From assembly GCA_028697455.1 (NCBI GenBank), contig JAQVEZ010000001.1, positions 67,902 to 131,901 on the forward strand: a DNA stretch of 64,000 nucleotides. Direction: 5' to 3'. Below the pieces are notes generated by a model that saw only the letters and a program-made list of their open reading frames with translations, was not told where the DNA came from and did no database searches. Below, one piece after another: positions 1 to 8,581 of this stretch (positions within the stretch are counted from its first letter, which is position 1; the number at the start of each line of letters is the position of its first letter). Both the position numbers and the translations under genes were made by a program. Origin of the DNA: Minisyncoccota bacterium. Its GTDB lineage: Bacteria > Patescibacteriota > Minisyncoccia > Phycocordibacterales > UBA1006.

Positions 1-596
1 TTACATCGCAGTTATTAGGATTTTTTAATACGACAAATTTGGTTGCCGTTATCGGAGTCCTTGAACAACTTGGCTTCTCTTTGGAGTCTTTGATTCCAGT
101 TATTTCCGATCTTAAAGGGGCTGAAGGGAGAATGGAAATTGTTTCTTCTCAGCGACAGGATTTTATTGCTGTTGTTGATTATGCGCATAGTCCGGACTCA
201 CTTTCTCAAGTACTTGATATACTTCAGGAGATTTCTCACAATAAAATTATTACTGTTGTTGGTGTTGGTGGGGGAGAAGACAGAGAAAAGCGTCCTATTA
301 TGGGGGATATTGCTATCTTAAAGAGTGATTATACTTTTTTTACCAACGATAATCCAAGATTTGATGACCCTGGAGAAATTTTTAGTGATTTAACGCAAAA
401 TACTCAAGAGCTTAATTCTTGGAAGGTAATTCCAGACCGAGAAACAGCTATCCGAGAAGCCATAAGAATGCTTACACCAGGTGACATTCTTTTGGTTGCG
501 GGGAAGGGGCACGAAGAATATCAGGAGATAAATGGTATAAAATATCCATTTAAAGATAAGTCTATTATTGAAAAATATTTGACAAAAGAAATTTAA
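1..596 (+). CDS. murE: Mur ligase, C-terminal portion (UDP-MurNAc-tripeptide synthetase MurE-like); 5' end lies outside the window
   Basis: GRMEIV...DYAHSPDSL...GVGGGEDREKRPIMG...NDNPRFDDP...LVAGKGHEEYQ matches the MurE C-terminal domain. The ORF is open to the window edge. Confidence 0.75.
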   Translation, partial: TSQLLGFFNTTNLVAVIGVLEQLGFSLESLIPVISDLKGAEGRMEIVSSQRQDFIAVVDYAHSPDSLSQVLDILQEISHNKIITVVGVGGGEDREKRPIMGDIAILKSDYTFFTNDNPRFDDPGEIFSDLTQNTQELNSWKVIPDRETAIREAIRMLTPGDILLVAGKGHEEYQEINGIKYPFKDKSIIEKYLTKEI

Positions 597-651
597 TTCA
601 TTATACTGGTAAAAATAGACCAAAAATTTTTTCCAGAAAGAACAAGATATT

Positions 652-1014
652 TTGGAAAACGGAAATGTTTCTTGCGCTCTCTTTGTTTCCACCGTCCTCA
701 CTATTTGTAAGTTAGTTGATAGAATCTATTTTACCGTCAACAATTCAGTTAAACATCTTGAAAACAATAACTCTTTTGAGATGATTTTATCGCCAGAGTG
801 GTCAGATATCGAACCGGGAGATGTCATTGTCTGGGACGCTTTAACAGAAGGAGGACATAAACATGTTGGTTTTTGTGTATCTTTTGGTGTAGCAATCTCA
901 AATATGAGTAGAAAAGGATCTCCAGGTAGGCACAGTATTGTTTATACGGGTTTTGGGTATGATGAAGATAAAAAAGCTCAAATATTAAAATGTTTCCGTC
1001 TAAAAAGCCCATAA
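652..1014 (+). CDS. small NlpC/P60- or CHAP-like hydrolase domain protein (hypothetical)
   Basis: An early Cys (SCALFVS), then GDVIVWD...GGHKHVGFCVS, arranged like the Cys...His pattern of NlpC/P60. There is no signal peptide. The similarity is weak. Confidence 0.4.
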   Translation: MENGNVSCALFVSTVLTICKLVDRIYFTVNNSVKHLENNNSFEMILSPEWSDIEPGDVIVWDALTEGGHKHVGFCVSFGVAISNMSRKGSPGRHSIVYTGFGYDEDKKAQILKCFRLKSP

Positions 1015-1056
1015 ATTTTAAGGACTTTTTGTTTCGATTGTGGAGAAGTATTTTCT

Positions 1057-2304
1057 TTGTATACTGAATTTATGAACCTTAGCCAATACAAGAAAATAAC
1101 ACTACCACAAACACCGGGGGTTTATTTTTTTAAAAAAGGAAATACTATTTTATATATAGGAAAAGCAACGAATCTCGCCAATCGAACTAAAAGTTATTTT
1201 CAGGAAAACCTCATGGAAACACGAGGTCCCATTATTGCAAAAATGATAGAGGAGATTGATACTGTTGAGTGGAAAGAAACCGATTCGGTCCTCGAAGCTC
1301 TTATTCTTGAGTCTCACCTTATCAAACAACACCAGCCAGAATACAATACAAAAGAAAAAGATGATAAAAGTTATAACTACGTAGCAATAGGAAGTGAAGA
1401 TTTCCCAACAATTTCAATTCTTCGCGGGAAGGAACTTCTTCTTACACAATCTAAAAAAGAAAATAAATTTCTCTATACTTTTGGCCCTTTTCCACATAGG
1501 GACCAGCTTCAAGTTGCTCTGGGAATTTTGAGAAAAATTTTCCCTTTTTATTCTCAAAAAACTATTAAAAAATACTCAAAAGAATTTTATCGACAACTTG
1601 GGTTGATTCCAAGCCCAGGAGAGACTGATCAAAATTTTAGAGAAGAGTATCGAAAGAATATTGATTATCTTGCTCTTTTTTTTGAAGGGAAAAAGAAATC
1701 AATCCTTCAAAAATTAAAAAAAGAAATGAACGAGGCAGCGCAGAATCTTCATTTTGAAAAAGCGATGATTCGAAAACGTCAAATCGATGCGCTTGTACAT
1801 ATTCAAGATATTGCTCTCTTAAAACGAGATTTTGATTCCGTTTCTTATTTCCAGGAGTTTCGTATGGAGGCTTACGATATTGCTCATACCGAAGGGAAGT
1901 CAATGATTGGTGTTATGGTGGTTCATAATGGACGCGATTTTCGCTCAGATGAATATCGTGTTTTTAAAATAAAATCTCTCCAGAAAGCAAATGACACAGC
2001 AGCCCTTGCAGAAGTTTTGGAGAGACGGCTAGAACATAAGGAATGGCAATTTCCTACAATTATTATTGTCGACGGGGGTATCGCACAAAAACGTCGAGCA
2101 GAAAAAGTGCTGCGCGAACGAAATATAAAGATCCCTGTTATTGCTGTTGTTAAAGACGAGAGACACAAAGCAAAAGCCCTCCTTGGACAAAAAGGGCTTA
2201 TTCAAAAATATGAAAAAAGTATTATTGCAATTAATAATGAATCACACCGCTTTGCAATCTCTCAACATATCAAAAAACGATCAAAAGAGTTCTTACAAAG
2301 ATAA
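1057..2304 (+). CDS. uvrC: excinuclease ABC subunit C, compact form lacking the C-terminal (HhH)2 domain
   Basis: N-terminal GIY-YIG motif (PGVYFFKKGNTILYIGKATNLANRTKSYF...TRGPIIAKM...EALILESHLIKQHQPEYN). A UVR motif (LQKLKKEMNEAAQNLHFEKAMIRKRQIDAL). An RNase H-like endonuclease domain (YDIAHTEG...IIIVDGG...NESHRFAI). The protein is 415 aa and stops before any HhH region. Confidence 0.85.
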   Translation: MYTEFMNLSQYKKITLPQTPGVYFFKKGNTILYIGKATNLANRTKSYFQENLMETRGPIIAKMIEEIDTVEWKETDSVLEALILESHLIKQHQPEYNTKEKDDKSYNYVAIGSEDFPTISILRGKELLLTQSKKENKFLYTFGPFPHRDQLQVALGILRKIFPFYSQKTIKKYSKEFYRQLGLIPSPGETDQNFREEYRKNIDYLALFFEGKKKSILQKLKKEMNEAAQNLHFEKAMIRKRQIDALVHIQDIALLKRDFDSVSYFQEFRMEAYDIAHTEGKSMIGVMVVHNGRDFRSDEYRVFKIKSLQKANDTAALAEVLERRLEHKEWQFPTIIIVDGGIAQKRRAEKVLRERNIKIPVIAVVKDERHKAKALLGQKGLIQKYEKSIIAINNESHRFAISQHIKKRSKEFLQR

Positions 2305-2312
2305 AGACTTCT

Positions 2313-2996
2313 CTAGTATGAGAAGTCTTTATTCGCTCTTTCGAGGTGTTCGATAGTATTGATTGGTTTCCATGAAGTACAAACTACGGTAGTAACAGGG
2401 TAGTCATGAGTGTGGGCGACAAGTGTTTGAGGGATACCAATTTCTCCCCCCCAAACTTCACGAGGTTCGAAATCAAAGAAATTACTATCAAGTACATAGG
2501 CTCCCGTTGCGACAAGAGCGCCTTTTTCTTTTTCTTCATCTGTTTGTGGTTCAAATCGAGAGAGGAATCCTTCTTTACTTATTATTTTATAGTGCCCTGG
2601 GAGTATGGCGTGTTGTACCTGGAAGCTTCGCGAATGAAGAAGTAAATTTTCAAGGTCATGTTTTTTGATAAGGTCATCACCGTTTAATACAAGAAAACGC
2701 TCACCTTTGTTTATAAAAGGTTTGACAGAAAGAAGGGCAGCCCCAGTTCCTTTTTTATCGGGTATTTGTTGGATATAGTTAATTGAAAATGGATAGTTTT
2801 TGCTCTCTACAAAATCCCGAATCTTTTCTCCAAGGTAACCAACCACCAAAAAAACTTCAGTAATATTTTCTGGGAGTTCTCTCAAAATATATTCGAGAAT
2901 TGGCTTTCCTTGAACAAGGAGAAGTGTTTTAGGGGCTGTGTCAGTGAGAGGTTTTAATCGTGTTCCTCTTCCTGCACAAAGAATGATTGCTTTCAT
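2313..2996 (-). CDS. sugar-phosphate nucleotidyltransferase (NTP transferase family)
   Basis: MKAIILCAGRGTRLKPLTDTAPKTLL is the classic nucleotidyltransferase N-terminal motif. The listed ORF starts further upstream, but the internal ATG at 2996 fits this motif and avoids overlapping the NUDIX gene. Confidence 0.75.
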   Translation of the reverse strand: MKAIILCAGRGTRLKPLTDTAPKTLLLVQGKPILEYILRELPENITEVFLVVGYLGEKIRDFVESKNYPFSINYIQQIPDKKGTGAALLSVKPFINKGERFLVLNGDDLIKKHDLENLLLHSRSFQVQHAILPGHYKIISKEGFLSRFEPQTDEEKEKGALVATGAYVLDSNFFDFEPREVWGGEIGIPQTLVAHTHDYPVTTVVCTSWKPINTIEHLERANKDFSY

Positions 2997-3039
2997 TAAG
3001 ACCAAGTATAAGAAAAAGCGTTGCTTAATGCAACGCTGT

Positions 3040-3534
3040 TCAGTCTTGCCAGTGGAGATATTTTTTCCCCTGCCAGATAGAGCGATCTCTGAGAAGTCCC
3101 TCTTGAAGCTTGCAACTTTCTTGAAACTTAAGAAAAGTAAAATAAAGCCACAAGGGTCCAGAAGAAAAATCCTTCCAGTTATCCAGTATTTCAGAATATG
3201 AAAAGAATTTGAAATCTGAATGTTCATCACTGATATTGATGACTGGATTGTTTCGAAGAAAGAGACTGTGTAAAAAAACAAGCCCATTCTCTACGGGATA
3301 TATCTCCTGTATCCTCTTAGGAAGACGCTGTCCTAACACAGCAACGAGGTGCAAAGAATCCTTGTCTACGATAATGCCCGTTTCCTCTCTTATCTCCCTA
3401 ATTGAGACTGCTTTGTAATCAATTTCATTGACATCAAAGCCTCCCCCTGTAAGATCCCAGAGACCTGTATCTTTTCTCTTGAGGAAGAGAGCCCTTCCGT
3501 CCCAAGAGATAATGGTAAATGATCCATTTATCAT
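3040..3534 (-). CDS. NUDIX hydrolase
   Basis: Nudix box GG...VNEIDYKAVSIREIREETGI (GX5EX7REUXEEXGU pattern). Confidence 0.8.
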   Translation of the reverse strand: MINGSFTIISWDGRALFLKRKDTGLWDLTGGGFDVNEIDYKAVSIREIREETGIIVDKDSLHLVAVLGQRLPKRIQEIYPVENGLVFLHSLFLRNNPVINISDEHSDFKFFSYSEILDNWKDFSSGPLWLYFTFLKFQESCKLQEGLLRDRSIWQGKKYLHWQD

Positions 3535-3643
3535 TTTTTTAATTTATTTTTTATTAATATACCACTGAAGTAAATTTTAATCAACAAAAATAAAAACACC
3601 TTTTAAAAAGGTGATTTGTAAAGATTTCTTTTAAAAGGATTAG

Positions 3644-4408
3644 CTAATAGGTAGTACAACTTATTAACCCATAACCGTTGGTATAGCAATTAGTATTGTA
3701 GGTCTTTGGAATTGATGGGATAGTAAAAACTCCATCGCAAGCCTTACCTTGTTCAGAAAAAAGTAATGATTCTTCGCTAGAAAGAGTTAAAGCCTCTCTG
3801 CTGTATTCCATATACTTTAGAAAAGCAGAATCGCTATTATCTTTCTTATATGCTTTATAATAACTATCTGATTTATCTTGAGTTTTTTTCTTCTTTTCTT
3901 TAATATTTTCAAGTTGTTTAGTTGCTTCTCGACACTCAACACTATTTTTTCGTTCCTCCTGTTGTTTTAATAGATCATTTCCTCCTTCTCGTTGTTGGTT
4001 TATAGAATTAATGAGAGGGGAGGTACAATACGCTTGTCCCGATGAGGGGCAGAAAAATTCAGTTCCGATACTACAAGTATTGGTATAAGTAATCCCATTA
4101 CATTCTCTCAGGTCTTGTTGTTGACTTGGTATAACAACAGTAGGGACTTGCACTAGTGAAGTTTGGATGGTTGGTGTCGTTTGATTTTCTGAAGGAAAGG
4201 GCTCACTATCTTCTTGCTCTATAGTAATAGACTCTTCAGTTGGTGGTACTTTTACAGTTTCTGAAATTTGGGTTTCAGTATGTTGTCTCATGAAAATATT
4301 CCAAATTTTCCAAGTAGTTGGGTTCCACCACACAGCGAAAGTAACCTGTGGTATTATCAACAGAGTGATCACAAAAATAAAGATAAATTTCTTAGTTTTT
4401 TTGTCCAT
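3644..4408 (-). CDS. secreted or membrane-anchored cysteine-rich protein, unknown function
   Basis: N-terminal hydrophobic segment (FIFIFVITLLIIPQVTFA) and a C-terminal half with 12 Cys in CxxxxxxxC-type spacing. The start is taken at MDKKTKK to avoid overlapping tRNA-Ala. Confidence 0.6.
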   Translation of the reverse strand: MDKKTKKFIFIFVITLLIIPQVTFAVWWNPTTWKIWNIFMRQHTETQISETVKVPPTEESITIEQEDSEPFPSENQTTPTIQTSLVQVPTVVIPSQQQDLRECNGITYTNTCSIGTEFFCPSSGQAYCTSPLINSINQQREGGNDLLKQQEERKNSVECREATKQLENIKEKKKKTQDKSDSYYKAYKKDNSDSAFLKYMEYSREALTLSSEESLLFSEQGKACDGVFTIPSIPKTYNTNCYTNGYGLISCTTY

Positions 4409-4411
4409 AAG

Positions 4412-4484
4412 TGGACCCGACAAGATTCGAACTTGCGACCTCCTCAGTGCAAATGAGGCGCTCTACCAACTAAGCTACGGGCCC
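4412..4484 (-). tRNA. tRNA-Ala(TGC)
   Basis: Cloverleaf GGGCCCG/CGGGUCC with a G3:U70 pair, anticodon loop UUUGCAC, T-loop UUCGAAU. CCA is not encoded. Confidence 0.9.
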
Positions 4485-4605
4485 AAACCGTTTTTAACAA
4501 CGGTAATATAAAATGTAAAAGAACAACTGAAAGACATTATAAAGAAAGGCTTTAATTTTGCAAGTACTTATTTTACTCATTGGAGATTTTTGTTACCCTA
4601 AGAAT

Positions 4606-5274
4606 ATGACAGCCCAACAAAAAGAAGAAAGACAAAAGAGAATCAAAAAAATGCTCCCTATTCTAAGGAAAATGTTTCCAAGCCCACAATCAGAACTTAA
4701 TTACGGGAATGATTTTGAGTTTCTTGTTGCGGTAATTCTCTCTGCTCAATGTACCGATAAAAGGGTAAATATTGTCACCAAAACTCTTTTCAAGAAATAC
4801 AAAACAATCTCTGATTATGCACATGCGGATTTGGAAACGTTTGAACAAGATATTTTTTCAACAGGATTTTATAAAAACAAAGCAAAGAACATTATTGCAA
4901 CAGCAAAGATTGTCCAAGATGAGCACAAGGGGAAGCTTCCTCGCAATATCGCATCTCTCCAAAAACTCCCAGGGGTAGGGAGAAAAACCGCAAATGTTAT
5001 TCTTTCAAATTTATACGATATTCACGAAGGAATTGCTGTTGATACTCATGTTATGCGTATTGCTCAAAAATTTGACCTTGTTGACCCACCTTATACTCCT
5101 GTATCAATAGAAAAAGATCTCATGGAAATTATCCCAAAAAAAGAATGGGGGAACATAAATCACTATTTTGTTCTCTATGGTCGCTATTATGCACCTGCAC
5201 ATGCAAAGGAAGTTAATGATGAATTAACAAGGCTTTATCCACCCGCTCGTTTTAAATTGAAAAGTCTAGCTTAA
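4606..5274 (+). CDS. nth: endonuclease III (DNA glycosylase/AP lyase)
   Basis: ELNYGNDFEFLVAVILSAQCTDKRVN ... LPGVGRKTANVIL ... HhH-GPD family. The start is set at MTAQQKE. Confidence 0.9.
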   Translation: MTAQQKEERQKRIKKMLPILRKMFPSPQSELNYGNDFEFLVAVILSAQCTDKRVNIVTKTLFKKYKTISDYAHADLETFEQDIFSTGFYKNKAKNIIATAKIVQDEHKGKLPRNIASLQKLPGVGRKTANVILSNLYDIHEGIAVDTHVMRIAQKFDLVDPPYTPVSIEKDLMEIIPKKEWGNINHYFVLYGRYYAPAHAKEVNDELTRLYPPARFKLKSLA

Positions 5275-5684
5275 TTTAAGCTAGACTTTCTGAGATTCAT
5301 TTTTGTTGTTGTCACCATGATACCTGGCAAGATAGATATTTTTGGAATAAGAAAGCAGTAGATTTTTTTGAGAACACTTTTTTCAAGCGTATAGCTTTTG
5401 TGGGTATATCTTCTTTCTTGCTCAATTCCAGAAATAATCCAGATATCTTCTCCTGGTAAAATTTTTTTCTGTAATATGTCTTTGATAATCCCTTCTCGCA
5501 TTTGTATTGTTTTGAGAAGGAGGAAATGATCGTTTCTTACAGGGCTCGCTGCTGTTGGATAAAAAGACTTTGTTGACCCCCTAAGATAAAAGAGAGGGTA
5601 GCCTTTGTTTACTAAAGAGAGTAAGCCCTTGTCTATCTCAAGAGTTGCTCCTGGATAGATGGTCACCTTTTCGATTGCTAACAT
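5271..5684 (-). CDS. hypothetical protein (weak DUF218/YdcF-like resemblance)
   Basis: A 137-aa ORF convergent with nth. There is no strong motif and only a weak HM.R-like segment. Confidence 0.3.
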   Translation of the reverse strand: MLAIEKVTIYPGATLEIDKGLLSLVNKGYPLFYLRGSTKSFYPTAASPVRNDHFLLLKTIQMREGIIKDILQKKILPGEDIWIISGIEQERRYTHKSYTLEKSVLKKIYCFLIPKISILPGIMVTTTKMNLRKSSLN

Positions 5685-5758
5685 ATTTTTAAAGATTCTT
5701 ATTTTCTAGTTTAGGGGAACTTTATTTTTAAACAAGTCTTTGCTATACTTATATCGTT

Positions 5759-5857
5759 ATGAAAGAACAGTTACAAAAAGTACGAGGAAATAAAACCTTC
5801 CGAATTGTACTTATCTTGGTGTTATTAGCTATTGCGGTGTATCTTTATTTTAACTAA
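5759..5857 (+). CDS. putative 32-aa single-TM micro-protein
   Basis: MKEQLQKVRGNKTFRIVLILVLLAIAVYLYFN, lying immediately upstream of the Excalibur-domain gene. Support comes from the ORF alone. Confidence 0.2.
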   Translation: MKEQLQKVRGNKTFRIVLILVLLAIAVYLYFN

Positions 5858-5869
5858 TTTAAACGACTT

Positions 5870-6274
5870 ATGGATACGTCAGAATTAAAAAACAAAATCA
5901 AGAACAAGGTTAACAAAGAAACTATCAAACCAACGAGTACCAAAAAGAAAGTTCTTCTTGGTGCTATTATTGTGCTCCTTGGAGCACTTGGTCTCGAGCT
6001 CAGCAACAATGATTTTTCTCTAGAATCCCTTCTAGCGGGGAACTCACTATCTGAATCGAAAATTATCCGTGATGCAAACGGGAACATTGACTTTTCAAAT
6101 CCACTTAACGTAAAAGCATATTGTGAATTAGATACAAAAAACTGTGCTGACTTTACAACCCAAGCAGATGCACAAAAAGTATTTGAACAATGTGGAGGGA
6201 CTTCAGCTGATATCCACCGACTTGATGGTGACGGTGATGGTGTTGCGTGTGAGTCTTTACCTGCAGGAAATTAA
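5870..6274 (+). CDS. membrane-anchored Excalibur (extracellular Ca-binding) domain protein
   Basis: N-terminal TM ([15 protein letters not shown]) and a C-terminal [10 protein letters not shown] motif (Excalibur DxDxDGxxCE). Confidence 0.75.
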   Translation: MDTSELKNKIKNKVNKETIKPTSTKKKVLLGAIIVLLGALGLELSNNDFSLESLLAGNSLSESKIIRDANGNIDFSNPLNVKAYCELDTKNCADFTTQADAQKVFEQCGGTSADIHRLDGDGDGVACESLPAGN

Positions 6275-6420
6275 AACTTTAAATAAAGTTTTTTTTATTA
6301 TTTAAAAACTATGGAACAATTTCCAAAACCAAACAACACGAAAGTTGAAACAGGAGTATCGACCTCTTCAGAAGAAGAATTTTTTTGTTGAGAAATCCTG
6401 CGGTTTTGCGATGGCTCGTA

Positions 6421-6552
6421 ATGGTAGAAAATGGACAACATTGGCTTCACACAGGACATGGAGCTAACTGGCTAAGGTCTGAATATGGTCAAGCATGGTT
6501 AAGATCCGATGCTGGAAAGAAATGGATGAACGCTCCAAAAGAACTTCTTTGA
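6421..6552 (+). CDS. putative 43-aa Trp-repeat peptide (WLxSxxGxx nonapeptide repeats)
   Basis: MVENGQHWLHTGHGANWLRSEYGQAWLRSDAGKKWMNAPKELL. The underlying DNA has degenerate 27-nt and 64-nt tandem repeats. A terminator hairpin follows at 6578-6606. Confidence 0.25.
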   Translation: MVENGQHWLHTGHGANWLRSEYGQAWLRSDAGKKWMNAPKELL

Positions 6553-6577
6553 TTTCTCAAAGATTTAACAAAGAAAA

Positions 6578-6606
6578 AGCCGAAACCCTCGTTTTGGCTT
6601 TTTGTA
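6578..6606 (+). terminator. rho-independent terminator
   Basis: AGCCGAAAC cctc GTTTTGGCT followed by TTTTT. Confidence 0.5.
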
Positions 6607-6793
6607 TTCACTCTTCACAAATAGTATCCTTGCAAATAAACTATTCTTGTGGTAATGTCTTAAATAAAGGTAGTCTTGTAGCTTGAGAGATTTTCTCAAA
6701 AGAGCTGAACGAAATTCTTAAAATCTTTCTCTTATTTGAGAAAAACAGAATGGATTGAGACACCCAAGAGTTCTTTTTTAAATGAACTTAAAC

Positions 6794-6828
6794 CCCTCGG
6801 CACAAAATGCCGAGGTTTTTTATTTTTT
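6794..6828 (+). terminator. rho-independent terminator
   Basis: CCTCGGCA caaaa TGCCGAGG followed by TTTTTTATTTTTT. Confidence 0.55.
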
Positions 6829-6963
6829 GAAAAAACAGGAGACTTCTTAACCATAAGAGTCAAAAGTATATTGTTTTGCCACAACGGAAACAGGATAAGA
6901 GATATTATTAAAATGAGTTAATTTTATAAAAACCTAGAATAAATATTCTAGGTTTTTATGTAT

Positions 6964-7048
6964 TGGTGCCCAGGGCGGGACTTGAACCCGCACGCTCTAG
7001 GAGCCACGGCCCTCAACCGTGTGTGTATACCAATTCCACCACCTGGGC
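6964..7048 (-). tRNA. tRNA-Leu(GAG)
   Basis: Acceptor GCCCAGG/CCUGGGC, anticodon loop UUGAGGG, long variable arm hairpin GCUC/GAGC, T-loop UUCAAGU. CCA is encoded. Confidence 0.9.
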
Positions 7049-7122
7049 AATACAGATTATTGTAACAAAAAAGATACGAAAGACAATGTTTTTATGTTAT
7101 TTTTGAGTTATACTAGGGTTCT

Positions 7123-7518
7123 ATGTGGAATCTTTTTCAACAATTTCAAAAATATAGAAAGGCAAGGGAAGTACTCGAGACTCAACCAGAGGACGTCGCG
7201 GCAGGTTTTCTTCTTTCGTATGTGAGAAGCTTTCTTTTTGCAGCAGGAATGATTCTTTCGTTTCTTGGGCTAGCATTTCTTCTTATTGGGTATACTCAAG
7301 ACATTTTTTTCTTTCGTTTTTTTGGATATGCATTCTTTTTTGTGCTGTTGTTAGATATTGCTTTTTATCTTTTAATTAAAAAAATAATTTACCGAATCGT
7401 GCGATCTCTTAAGAATAGTTTTATGGGAAATTCACAAAAAATAATTTCTCATAACTCCGTTATTGACGTTGATCTTAATAATTCGGAATCAAAAAGTTAT
7501 GGAGAAAGAGAATTCTAA
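7123..7518 (+). CDS. hypothetical membrane protein
   Basis: Two or three hydrophobic helices with no recognisable domain. The 3' end overlaps the rsmI start. Confidence 0.45.
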   Translation: MWNLFQQFQKYRKAREVLETQPEDVAAGFLLSYVRSFLFAAGMILSFLGLAFLLIGYTQDIFFFRFFGYAFFFVLLLDIAFYLLIKKIIYRIVRSLKNSFMGNSQKIISHNSVIDVDLNNSESKSYGEREF

Positions 7519-8188
7519 ATTTTATGTTGTTGCGACTCCGATAGGAAATCTCAAGGATTTTTCTTTTCGTGCGGTTGAGGTGTTGTCATCGGTAGATAGT
7601 ATTCTTTGTGAAGATACTCGAGAAACGCAGAAACTTCTCAATGCTTATGATATAAAAAAGCCAACCTATTCTTACCATGCGCAATCTTCACAAAAGAGAG
7701 AAGACTTTATTATTCAGAAGATCCAAGAAGGGGAGACCTTTGCCCTTGTTTCTGATGCGGGGACACCGACTATTTCTGATCCAGGAGTCAAAATTATTTC
7801 TCGTATTCGGAAAGAATTCCCTGAAATCCAAATCATCCCTATTCCAGGAGCCACTGCTTTTGTTTCAGCACTTTCTGTTACAGGATTCAAAGGAGGACAG
7901 TTTACTTTTTATGGATTTCTCCCACACAAGAAGGGAAGAAAGAAAATTTTTGAAGAGATAGCAAATTCTGAAAAAATTAGTGTTTTTTATGAGTCTCCAC
8001 ACCGCCTTCTTAAAACGTTAACAGAGCTTACAGAATCTTTAGATGATAAAAAAGAAGTGTGTGTTGCACGAGAAATTACTAAAATCTTTGAAGAAACACG
8101 TATTATGAAGCCTCAAGAAATGCTAGATTTCTTTAAAGAAAATCCTGAAAAAATAAAAGGAGAATTTGTTATTATTATTAATTCTTAG
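7499..8188 (+). CDS. rsmI: 16S rRNA (cytidine1402-2'-O)-methyltransferase
   Basis: YVVATPIGNLKDFSFRAVEVL...ILCEDTRETQKLL...DAGTPTISDPG, the tetrapyrrole-methylase-fold RsmI signature. Confidence 0.9.
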   Translation: MEKENSKFYVVATPIGNLKDFSFRAVEVLSSVDSILCEDTRETQKLLNAYDIKKPTYSYHAQSSQKREDFIIQKIQEGETFALVSDAGTPTISDPGVKIISRIRKEFPEIQIIPIPGATAFVSALSVTGFKGGQFTFYGFLPHKKGRKKIFEEIANSEKISVFYESPHRLLKTLTELTESLDDKKEVCVAREITKIFEETRIMKPQEMLDFFKENPEKIKGEFVIIINS

Positions 8189-8236
8189 GCTCTTAAAAAT
8201 AGAATTTTTTTTGTTTTTTGTTACAATGTTTTTTAT

Positions 8237-8578
8237 ATGAAATATTATTTTAATCTTATCCAGTATGCAGCAATTTTTCTCCTACTTTTTCCATTTTTGG
8301 GATTCTCAGAAACGTGGGAAACTTTGTACGTAATAATTCTCGCAATTGTTATTGGTTTTTCTAATCTTTATATCAGAAAGAACGTTGAAGGAATCAAAAG
8401 AAAGTCAGAAGATAAGTCTCTTCAGGGATATATTGATGAATTAAAAACACGATTCAAAAATTTTGAATCTCAAACTCCTCGAGAGAATATTCACGAAAGA
8501 AGTTTTTATAAAAAGAAAGATATTATTATTAAGGAAACGCAAGAAGAAGAAAATTCTTCATCAGAAGAGAATAATTAG
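8237..8578 (+). CDS. hypothetical membrane protein
   Basis: Two N-terminal TM helices and a charged C-terminal tail. Confidence 0.45.
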   Translation: MKYYFNLIQYAAIFLLLFPFLGFSETWETLYVIILAIVIGFSNLYIRKNVEGIKRKSEDKSLQGYIDELKTRFKNFESQTPRENIHERSFYKKKDIIIKETQEEENSSSEENN

Positions 8579-8581
8579 TTT

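Noticed and set aside
139-321. Numerous 60-130-aa ORFs antisense to or nested in other frames of confident genes (for example 139-321, 390-701, 16866-17246, 26237-26968, 33860-34186, 45962-46432, 58722-59186).
   Set aside because: They overlap well-supported conserved genes on the opposite strand or in an alternative frame. They have low-complexity, stop-poor AT-rich composition typical of chance ORFs, and no motif support.
6495-6921. ORFs 6495-6686 and 6736-6921 in the long non-coding gap.
   Set aside because: Both run across strong intrinsic terminator hairpins (6578-6606 and 6794-6828), and one extends into the tRNA terminator region. Their composition is not protein-like.
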